Below the pieces are notes generated by a model, which made no database searches, had not been told where the DNA came from, and saw only the letters and a program-made list of their open reading frames with translations. This document shows positions 9,258 through 19,715 of a stretch of DNA of 64,000 bases, piece by piece. The position numbers and the translations under genes are program-made. Each line of letters opens with the position of its first letter. The stretch's first letter is position 1. Source of the DNA: Scyliorhinus canicula (Eukaryota); the NCBI RefSeq assembly GCF_902713615.1, contig NW_024055445.1, forward strand, positions 1-64,000. Direction: 5' to 3'.

Positions 9258-12200
9258 ATAAATGTGAGGTAATCAATTTTGGTGGAAAAACAGCAAAAGG
9301 AATAATTATTTAAATGATAAAATATTAAAACATGCTGCTGTGCAGAGGGGCCTGGGTGGCCTCGTACCTGAGAAAGGACATACTGGCGCTGGAGGGTGTT
9401 CAGAGGATATTCACGAGGTTAATCCTAGATCTGAGGCAATTGGATTAGGAGGAGAGGTTGAGTAGACTGTAACTGTTCTCGTGGAATTTAGAAGGATCGG
9501 GGGGGATCTTATAGAAACATATAAAATTAAGAAGGAATAGATAGGATATATTCGGGGGCTGTTCCCTCTGGCGGACGAAAGCAGAGCAAGAGGGCATAGG
9601 CTCAAAATAAGGGAAAGTAGAACATAGAAGAACATAGAACATAAAACAGTACAGCACAGTGCAGGCACTTCGGTCCAAGATGTTATGCTGACCATTTATC
9701 CTACTCTAAGATCAACCTATCCTACACCCCTTCAATTTACTGCTGCCCAAGTGCCTGATTAAGAGTCGCCTAAATGTCGCTAATGACTCTGACTCCACCA
9801 CCTCTGCTGGCAGTGCTTTCCACACACCCACCACTCTCTGTGTAAAGAACCTACCTCTGACATCTCCCCTATACCCTCCTCCAATCACCTTTAAATTATG
9901 TCCCCCTCATGACAGCCCGGGGAAAAGTCTTTGGCTATCCACTCTATTCATGCCTCTCATCACCTTGTACACCTCTATCAAGTGACCTCTCTGCCGTCTT
10001 CACTCCAGCGAAAAAAAGCCCTAGCTCCCTCAACCTTTCTTCATAAGACTTGCCCTCCAGTCCAGGCAGCATCCTGCTAAATCTAACTAGAGTTTTATAA
10101 GCTGCAGCAAAACATCGCGGCTCTTAAACTTAATCCCCCTGTTAATGAAATCCAACACACCATACGCCTTCTTAACAACCCTATCAACCTGGGTGGCAAC
10201 TTTGAAGGATCTGTGTACGAGGACCCAATATCCCTCTGTTCCTCCACACTTCCAAGAATCCTGCCTTTAACCGATTATTCAGCATTCAAATTCGACCTTC
10301 CAAAATGAATCACTTCACATTTATCAAGGTTGAACTCCATCTGCCACTTCTCAGCCCAGCTCTGCAACCTGTCAATGTCCTTTTGTAACCTGCAACAACC
10401 CTCAACACTATCTCCAACTCCACTAACCTCGTGTCATCGGCAAACTTATAACCCACCCGTCCACTTCCTCATCCAAGTCATTTATAAAAAAACAAAGAGC
10501 AGAGGGTCCCAGAACAGATTCTTGCGGGACACTGGTCACCGACCTCCAGGCAGAATAATTTCCATCCACTACCACTCGCTATCTTCTTTCGGCCAGTGAA
10601 TTATGTATCCAGACAGCCAAATTTCCCTGTACCCATGTCCCCTAACTTTCTGAATGAGCCTGCCATGGGAACCTATCAAGTGCCTTACTGAATCCATATA
10701 CACCACATCCACTGCCCGAGCTTCGTGAATGTGTCTCGCCACATCCTCAAAGAATTCAATGAGGCTTGTGAGGCATGACCTGCCCCTCACGAAGCCATGC
10801 TGACTATCTTTAATCAAACTATGTTTTTAAAAAATAATCATAAATCCCATATCTCAGAATCCTTTCCAATAGTTTGCTCACCACAGATGTAAGACTGATG
10901 TGTCTGTAATTCCCAGGGATTTCCCTATTTCCTTTCTTGAATAGGGGAACAGCATTCGCCTCTGCCCCATCATCCGGTTACTGCTCCAATGGAGAGTTAG
11001 GACGCAAAGATCATCGCCAACGGCGGAGCAATCTGCTCCCCCACCTTCCGGTAGTAACCTTGCGTATATCCCATCAGCCCCAAGGGACTTATCTATCCTG
11101 ATGCTTTTCAAATTTCCAGCACATCCTCCTTCTTAAAATCAACCTGTTCTAGTCTATTAATCTGGTTCACACTGTTTCTCATGGGCAACAAGGTCCCTTT
11201 TCTCAAATGAATACTGAAGCAAAGTATTCATTTAGGGCCTCCCCCATCTCGTCATTCTCTAGGCACAAGTTCCCTCCACTATCCCTAATCGGCCCTCCTC
11301 TCACTCTGATCATCCTCTTATTTCTCATATAAGTGTAGAACGCCTTGGGGTTTTCCCTAATCCTTCCCACCCAGGGCTTTTTCATGCCCCCTTCTAGCTC
11401 TCCTCGGTCCATTTTTGAGTTCCTTCCTGGCGACCTTGTAACACTCTAGAGCCGAGTCAGATCCTTGCTTCCTCAAACTTACGTAAGCTTCCTCCTTCCT
11501 CTTGACTAGAAGCTCCACTGCTCTTGTCATCCAAGGCTCCTTTACCTTACCATTCCTTCCTCGTCTTAGTGGGACAAAACTATTCAGCACTCTCAGCAAG
11601 TGCTTCTTAAACAATCCCCACATTATTGTTTTGCATGTCCCAAGAAAAAATGTTCCCACTTTATGCTCCTCAGCTCCTGCCTAATAGCAGTATAATTTCC
11701 TCTCCCCCAATTAAATACCTTCCCATACTGTGTGTTCCTATCCCTCTCCTTGACGATGGTAAAGGGGCAAGGAGTTGTGGTAACTGTCACCGAAATCCTT
11801 TCCCACCGAGACATCTGGCACCTGGCCTGGTTCGTTGCCGAGCACCAAGTCCAATATTACCTCCCCCCTAGTCGGCCTATGTAAATATTGAGTCAGGAAT
11901 CCTTCCTGTACACACCTGACAAAATCTGCTCAATCGAAACGATTTTGCACTAAGGAGGTTCCAGGTCAATATTAGAGAAGTTGAAGTCACCCATGACAAC
12001 AGTTCTGTTACTTCTGCACCTTTCCAAGATCCGCCGCCCAATCTGTTTCCTCTATCTCTCTGCTGCTATTGGGTAAAAGTAGATTTAGGACTGAAGTTAG
12101 GAGGAACCTCTTCACCCAACGGGTCGTGAATCGATGGAATGCCCTGCCCAGTCAATAGGTTGATGCTCCTTCATTAATGTTTTCAGATAAAGATAGTTTT

Positions 12201-12335
12201 GAAGCATAAAGGAATAAAGGGTTATGGTGTTCGGGCGGGAAAGTGGAGCTGAATTCACAAAAGATCAGCCACTCTCATTGAATGGCGGAGCAGACTACGA
12301 AAGGTCAGATGGCCTACTCTTGCTCCATGTTCTAA
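9258..12335. mobile_element. nested CR1 LINEs: + copy (9258-9622 and 12076-12335) interrupted by a - copy (9623-12075)
   Basis: The + copy is the same family as 61401-63160 and resumes after the insert; 'aaagtaga' is duplicated at both junctions. The - copy encodes RT remnants (10569..10817 'QHGFVRGRSCLTSLIEFFE'). Confidence 0.8.
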
Positions 12336-12869
12336 TGTTTAACAGTGATACAGAGCACGAGGAGAGTCCAAGGTCTTCACCATTTCGGGGATTGGAGATC
12401 GGTGAAAGGAACAGGCAAGCACTCCCACACATAGACACAAAGAAATGCATTGAATCTCGACGAATGTATTTATAATTAACTTTGCATATTGGGGGCAGAA
12501 AAGAAATTCGTTACACTCGTCAGTTTTCACATTCCTTCTTGTTCATTGGAAATGTCAATGTGCTTCTCTCTGCCCTCACAAAATAAATAATTCACTTAAA
12601 GCTTGAACTGCATGAAAGAACAAGAGACCTGAACTTTTTGGGCAAAATTCGTTGACTGTAGCTGTTAAAGTGATTATTAAAACATACGATTTGGTGGGCT
12701 TCAGACACATGTGCATGATACAAAAGAGAGAAATTGCTGGTGACCGTTGATAAATAACTGGTTCTCCCTGAAATGGAAAATTGGGTGCGGTTCTGGAAAT
12801 CGCACTTCAGGTTCTATATTAACTCTTTAGAAAGTGTACCCAGACGTTGACGAGAATGAGTCTTAGAAA

Positions 12870-14650
12870 CATATGTAGTGTAGGCAAAATAGGAGCAGAA
12901 AGAGGCCATTCGGCTCTTCAATCCCGCTCTGCCATTCATTATGATCATGGCTGATCATCCAACTCAATAGCCTAATCCCGGTTCCCCCATATCTTTAGAT
13001 CCCCTTCCCCCTAAGGGCTGTATCTAACTGCTCCTTGAAAACATACTAGGTTTGGCCTCACCTACTGCCTGTGGTAACGAATTCCACAGGCTCACCCACT
13101 CTCTGGGTGAAGACATTTCTCCTTGTCCTCTGTCCTAAATTGTCTACCCCTTATCCTCAGTCTGTGACACCTGGTTCTGGACACACCCAGCTTCGAGAAC
13201 ATCCATATTCCCGGTCCCTGTCCTGTTAGAATTTTACAGCTTTCTATGCGATCTCCCCGCAGTCTTCTGAACATTCAGCGAATACAAGTCTAACCAATAC
13301 AATCGAGCCTCGTATGTCAGACCTGCCATCCCAGGAATCAGTCTGGTAAACGTTTGTTGCACTCACTCCATAGATAGAACTTCCTTCCTCAGATAAGGAG
13401 ACCAAAACTGCTCACAATATTCCAGGTATGGCCTTGCCATGGCCCTGTATAATTGCAGCAAGTTATCCCTGCTCCTGTACTCGAATCCTTCGTCATGAAG
13501 ACCAGCAGACCATTTGTCTTCTTTACCACCTGCTGTACCTGCATGGTTACCTTCAGTGACCAGGGGCGGAATTCTCTGACCCCCGGGATGTCAGACAATC
13601 GCCCGGGGTCGGCGTCAATCCCGCCCCTGCCGTGGCCAAATTCTCCGCCACCCCAGGAATCGGCGGGGGCGGGAATCGCGCCGCGTGGGTCAGCCGGCCC
13701 TCTGCCGTGATTCTCCGGCCTGCGATGGGCAGACGTCCCCCCGCTGACAGCCTCCTCCACCGGCGGGAATCAAAGCACGATTGTGCCGGGCGGGGATTGG
13801 GTGTCGTGGGCGGGCCGCCGGGTCCACCACGGTGGCCTGGCCCACGATCGGGAGCCACCGATCGTGGGCGGGCCTGTTGCCAGGGGGGCACTCTTTTTCT
13901 TCTTGCCTCGCCATAGCCTTCACCATGGTGGGTGCGGAAGAGATCCCCTCCCCTGCGCATGCCCAGTCTAACGTCAGCAGCCGCTAGGGCACTGGCGCAT
14001 GCGCGGACTTCCACCGGCCGGCGAAGGCCTTTTGGTCCCGGCTGGCGGGACGCCAAAGGCTGTTCACGCCGGCCGGCGGAGCGGGAGCCACTTCGGCGAG
14101 GGCCTAGCTCCTAAAGGTGCAGAGAATTCCGCACCTTTGGGGAGGCCCGACGCCGGAGTGGTTCATGCCACTCCGTCCCGCCGTGACACTCCGCCCCGCG
14201 GGGCAGGGCAGAATCCCGGCCCAGGTCTTTTTGCATGTTCCCCTCTCCTAATTTATGTCCAACCTGATAATAGTCTGCTTTCTTTTTTTCTACCAAAGTG
14301 GATAACTTCGCATTTATTCATATTATACTGTCATTCATTTGCCCACTCACTCAACTTGTCGAAATCACACTGAAAGATCACTGCATCTTCCTCACAGCTC
14401 ACCCTCCCACCCAACTTGTGTCATCTGCAAATTTGGAAATTTTACATTTTGTTCCCTCATCTAAATCGTCAAATATATTGTGAATAGCTGGGGTCGTAGC
14501 ACCGATCCCAGGTACCACACTGGTCACTGCCTGTCAATTTGAACCACCCGTTAATTCCTTATGTTTGTTTCCTGTCTGGCCAACCAGTTTCTATCCATCT
14601 CACTGCCCACAATTCCATGCTGTTTAATTTTACAAGTATTCAATCAATCA
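12870..14650 (-). mobile_element. CR1 LINE 3' fragment interrupted by a GC-rich element
   Basis: CR1 C-terminal motifs (13389..13760 'QVQQVVKKTNGLLVF', 14111..14296 'QKDLG') on both sides of 13561-14221. Confidence 0.7.
13561..14221. mobile_element. GC-rich non-autonomous (MITE-like) insertion
   Basis: Abrupt GC-rich block splitting a CR1; imperfect terminal inverted repeats gggcggaattctc / gcagaatcccggccc. Confidence 0.45.
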
Positions 14651-14796
14651 TCTTCTTACCCATTTGGATGGCAGATGTCGGAGCTCACAAAATCACAGAA
14701 ACATGGCGCACTATAGTCATAGAAATACGTCTGCCATTTTCCTTCAAGTAAGAAGTCTTACAACACCAGGTTAAAGTCCAAACAGGTTGTTTCAAA

Positions 14797-14831
14797 CACG
14801 AGCTTTCGGAGCGCAGCTCCTTCTTCAGGTG
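14797..14831 (-). ncRNA. minimal type I hammerhead ribozyme (Penelope-associated type)
   Basis: Minus strand: CAC-CUGAAGA-A-GGAGC(UGC)GCUCC-GAAA-GC-UC-GUG. Stem I CAC/GUG, CUGANGA core, 5-bp stem II, GAAA, palindromic AGCU helix III, UC cleavage site. Confidence 0.7.
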
Positions 14832-15186
14832 ATGGTTTTCCTTCAATGTTAGATATCAATGTCCTGGCAGCGTGTGAGGTCACGGTAACTGCCTGTGTCG
14901 CCCATATATTCGGGGTCAGGAGATCACAGCGTATCTACAGACTGCGCTCAGCGTTAGAACATCCAGTTTTGAAACCCTGTTAATCTCAGGGCATTTGAAG
15001 GGCCTGCATCACTCGAGCTGTTTATCCATTTAGAATTTGAGGGGAGCTAAGGTTGTTTGGAATACGATTGAGAAGAAACGATATTGTAAATAATTTATTC
15101 GGGGGAGCTGACTAAATATCAAATGTTTATTTCGCTAAATATAAATGATTTCATGCAAATTATTTCATTTAAAGCAGAAAGTGGAA

Positions 15187-15378
15187 GGGGCTGGTTTAGC
15201 TCACTGAGCTAAATCGCTGCTTTTAAAGCAGACCAAGCAGGCCAGCAGCACGGTTCTTCCCGGACCAGCCTCCCCGAGCAAGCGCCGGAAGGTGGCGACG
15301 AGGGGCTTTTCACAGTAACTTCATTGAAGCCTACTTGTGACAATAAGTGATTTTCATTTCATTTTCAATTTCATTTCA
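15187..15378 (+). mobile_element. tRNA-derived SINE (family A)
   Basis: gggctggtttagc...ggttc..ccc...cagtaacttcattgaagcctacttgtgacaataag plus a (tttca)n tail; at least six copies in the window. Confidence 0.8.
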
Positions 15379-15957
15379 GTTGTCTTTCAAGGATTACATG
15401 TCATTATGTGATGTTAATGTACAACAACACAGATATCTCGATTTTGTTCTTAATGTATGGATACAGACTAAAGCGTAAGGTTTAGATGCAATTATAATCA
15501 GTACATGGAGGAGAAATAATATAGACAGAACCTATTGTATTAACATAGGACACAGGGTGCAAAAATCAATACTTAGCGCATTCAAACCGACAGAGATACA
15601 GTGTAATGCAACAATGTTGATCCGGAAGAGATACAGTGCAATGGCAATAATGTTGATCAGCTATGCATTAACAGTGAAACAGCCAATTATAATAATCAAA
15701 GCGGCCTAGGATAGATACAAAAATATCCTTATATTTCCTTAAGTGATTTCGTCTCAATTTTCTTCACATCTCTCACGTGATACACTTCGTGCTGTTTCAT
15801 GGCGTCAAACGCAATGACGTTTCATGGTGTAAATTCAATTTCTGAGAAGACTTTGTATGGTCAGTATAGTCGTTAGTGGCGTGCCGGATAATTTATATTC
15901 TGTGGGTTTAATATGGATTACTTGGAATCCGATATCTTGCATGTGAATCTAACTTCT

Positions 15958-16268
15958 GGGGCCTCACGGTAGCATGGGTGGTTAGCATCAATGCTTTACA
16001 GCTCCAGGGTCCCAGGTTCGATTCCCGGCTGGGTCACTGTCTGTGTGGAGTCTGCACGTCCTCCCTGTGTGTGCGTGGGTTTCCTCCGAGTGCTCGCGTT
16101 TCCTCCCACAGTCCAAAGATGGCGGGTTAGGTGGATTGGCCATTCTATATTGCCCGTAGTGTAAGGTTTAATGGGGGGGATTGTTGGGATGTGGGTTTAA
16201 GTAGGGTGATCATTGCTCGGCACAACATCAAGGGCCTGTTCTGTGCTGTACTATTCTATTCTATTCTG
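15958..16268 (+). mobile_element. HE1-like SINE
   Basis: tRNA-like head (ggttcgattcccggctgggtcac), body and (tattc)n tail. Confidence 0.75.
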
Positions 16269-17354
16269 TTATGTGAGCATTCGACAGCAGGTGACTGTTA
16301 CTGTCCATTCTGATTGTTTCCTGCTCTAATGTCATTGAGCTAAGCTGGCTTCTGTCTCGTGTTATAATATTTCTTTGTGTCTGACCATAATGACCATTCC
16401 ACATGTTGTAAGCAGTCCTTATATTTGCCCAATTATCATTCAGGAATATCCTGGGCTGCACAACACACACAGACTGGTTGTCATCTTCCTGGGGTCTCCC
16501 AAAATTCTAACTCCTCCAATATGACATGAAAATAACTGCTGAAACTGTTTTTGTTCACGCAACTGTAAATAATTTTAGATACTAATTGCCTCCCCCAGAT
16601 TTCGAATTGTATAAATGCGGGTTTTTGACCTTGTCATAAATAATCTCTGTGGACGGACTGCAGAATGCACGGCCAGATAACTGGTGTAATTTAGCCATTT
16701 ACTACCCAATTCTTGCTGCCATTGAGTTCCGGTAAGTTGCTGCACTAACTCATTGACTTGAAGAATCACTGTTTTATGAAGTTACTTCAACCCATTGCAA
16801 CTAACAACATGATATAATCATCCCCGCGAGTTTTTAAACCTTATTTGAGCAAGGGAAGCTTAGATCATCCTCATTTAAATATGTCTTAATTTTAAAAAGC
16901 TCGGGCCATAATCATTAGTTTCTGACACATCAGTTGATCTGGGGTTATTCCTTGCCATATCGAGGCTCGGCTGCCAATGTCAGTTGCCTGGATAAAATTA
17001 ATAATATTTTGGTCACCTTTTCGAAATCAATAGTACCTGATCTACAGGTAGATAACTTAAGAATGCAACCTTTAGGTAGATTTGAATTCGTATGTAAGTC
17101 TAAATCGATCAGTAGCGAATTATTACCATGTAATACAATTGACTTGAATTACGATAGAATTGCTTTGAGGTGAATTACACTTCGGGGGGATCCGGAATGA
17201 GCTGCAGATTCACCGTCAGCTATTTCATTTTTTCGCTTAACATGAAGATTCAGCTGCTTAAAATGATGGGGGATTGAAATTGCTATTGCGTTGTAATCCT
17301 AACTGGCGTCCAGTTTTGCACTTGATCTGCTTTTCTGTCGCGTTGATATTACAG

Positions 17355-17560
17355 GAGAAGAAAACCGGGCCGAGCGTAAAACAAACGAATTTAATCGCTG
17401 AAACATTCGTCCAGCTACTGCATTACTCGACCAGTGACACAGCCACTTCATTCATCTTCCCTGTACGGTTGCGAGTACTCTGACTGTGCTCTTCAATAAC
17501 TATTTTACAGAGCCATTGTTGAGGTTGGGCAAAAGATATTACAGACGAATCGTAGATATT
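17355..17560 (+). pseudogene. decayed TCR V relic inside the GPCR intron
   Basis: After AG at 17353-17354: 'GPSVKQTNLIAETFVQLLHYSTSDTATSFIF/LYGCEYSDCALQ*LFYRA', resembling V FR1-CDR1-FR2; the 3' half and RSS are not recognisable. Confidence 0.4.
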
Positions 17561-19370
17561 TGGTGGGAATCATGTAATGTTCAGTGAAGGGGAGATTGCG
17601 GTTATGTTCCTGGATTCATGATCAAGAGACACGAGTTCAAAACGCAGAATTTAATTTAAATTCAGATAACAAAAATATGGAATTAACTGATATTATCATT
17701 AATGATGATTATGAAACTACCAGTGACAGCAGAAAGTTCACCAGGTTCCACAACGTCCTTTATTGAAGAACATCAACACTAGCGGATATATAATTCCAGA
17801 TTCACAGCGATATAATTGAACATTAACAGTTCTCTGAAATGACTCATGAAACCACTCAGTCGGTAAGTCGTGGCTCACAATAGCCTTTCAATGGTTCGAA
17901 TCGACGGACAATAAATGTAATCAATTGTGGTGCTTCTAAGACGCCAAATCAATTGAATGAATAACTTAAAATGATCTGACGTTTTTTAAAAAGTCATTTT
18001 TAAAGGATGCGGCCGTCGCTGGCGCGGCCAGCAATTGTTTCCCGTGCTTAATTGCTCTTCAGAAGGTGTTGGTGGTGATCTGCCTTCTTGAGCACTGCAG
18101 TCCATGTAGAGTAGACACGCCTACTGTGCTGTTAGGGAGGGTGCTCCACGATTTTACCCAGCGACAGTGAAGGGACGGGAAGATGTCCAGGTCAGGATGG
18201 TGAGTGACATTGTCGGAGAACCTCCCGGTGGTAGTATCTGCTGTTTTTCCTCCTTCGAGGTGGTAGCAGTCGTGGGTTTCGAAGGTGTTGATGAGGGAAT
18301 GTTACTGAGTTCCTGCAATGAATCTTGTAAATTTGTATACCGATGCTACAAAGCTTCGGTAGTGGAGGAATTAATGTTTGTGGAAAGGGTGTCAATCAAA
18401 TAGGCTGATTTGTGCTGGATGGTTTTGAGCTTATTGAGCATTATTGGAGCTGCACTCATCTAAGCAAGTATTCCATTCCGTTCCTGGCTTGTACATTGTA
18501 GATGGTGGACAGGCTTTGGGGGCGGGGCGAAGGGTGGGGGGGGGGGGGGGGGGGGGTTGCACAGGGACGTTACGATCAAAGGGTAAGATAATCGCGGTAG
18601 GATTCTGAGCCTTTAACCTGCGTACATCAATATAAGTGGTTGAGGCAGAGGACAGCATGCACCAGGTCGCGCCTGTTCTGCATTCAATAAACTCCTGACT
18701 GTTATTCGGATTAAAATCCATTTTGCCGCACCATATGTGACTTGGTTCTCTCAGCCAGCAAATGCTGTCCATCTAAGCCTTGAATATTGAATATATATTT
18801 AACAATAAAGAGACCCAGAGCCATCTTGGCAGAGAATTCTAAAACAACACATCTATTTTTTGTGAATAAATTTGTGCTCCTCTCAGTCCGAAATAACCTT
18901 TCCTTTATTCTGAAGTGATTCGCCATGAATCCAGAATCTTCGGGCACGACCTCTCTCCATAGATTCTGTCACGCCCTTTGAGAATGTTGTTTGTTTCAAG
19001 CAGATGGTCTCTTCGATATTTCAGACAATATAAACCTAATTTGTTTCGCCTCCGTCAGAGAACAAAGAACATAATTTCTCATCAGAATGGAAACTGGCTT
19101 CCGAGCCAGCGGTTTCTGAGTCGCACATCATTCGATGTTTCTTCAGTTGTATTAAACTGACACATCCGATTTGTTTAGAATATTCCCTTACATACTTTTT
19201 AAAACAGAATTTGCAGTGCATTTACAGCTTTTTGGCCCATCGAGTCTGCACCGGCTCTTGGCAAGAGCAGCCTACTTAAGCCTACGCTTTACCCGATCCA
19301 AAAACACAATAGCCCCACCTAACCTTTTTAGACAAGATGTGGAGATGGCGGCGTTGGAGTGGGGTGGGCA

Positions 19371-19496
19371 CAGTAAGAAGTCTTACAACACCAGGTTAAA
19401 GTCCAACAGGTTTGTTTCAAACACCATCTTTCCGAAAGCTCGTGTTTGAAACAAACCCTGTTGGACTTTAACCTGGTGTTGTAAGGCTTCTTACTG
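19371..19496. repeat. near-perfect inverted repeat (~54-bp arms, 17-nt loop), Penelope-terminus-like
   Basis: Left arm 19371-19424, right arm 19442-19496; 1 indel and 1 mismatch. The same motif flanks the hammerhead at ~14748-14831. Confidence 0.85.
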
Positions 19497-19499
19497 CCC

Positions 19500-19715
19500 T
19501 TTGTAGACAGTAAAGGACAATTTAGGTAACAAGACCAATCCACCTAACCTGCGCATCTTTGGACTGTGGGAGGAAACCGGAGCACCCGAGGGAAACTCAC
19601 GCAGACACGGGTAGAACGTGTAAACTCCACAAAGGGAGTCACCCGAGGCCGGAATTGAACCTGGGACCCTGGAGCTGTGATGCAGCAGTGCTAAACATTG
19701 TGCAACCGTGCCTCC
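19500..19715 (-). mobile_element. HE1-like SINE
   Basis: Reverse copy of the family at 15958. Confidence 0.7.

Noticed and set aside
13389-14373. Cluster of GC-rich overlapping ORFs
   Set aside because: They arise from a GC-rich repeat inserted in a CR1; no recognisable protein motifs.
18961-19190. Possible ancient V relic ('DSVTPFENVV...LFRLRQ...QRFLS...SSVVL')
   Set aside because: No conserved Cys, Trp or YYC and no RSS; too degenerate to support without a profile search.
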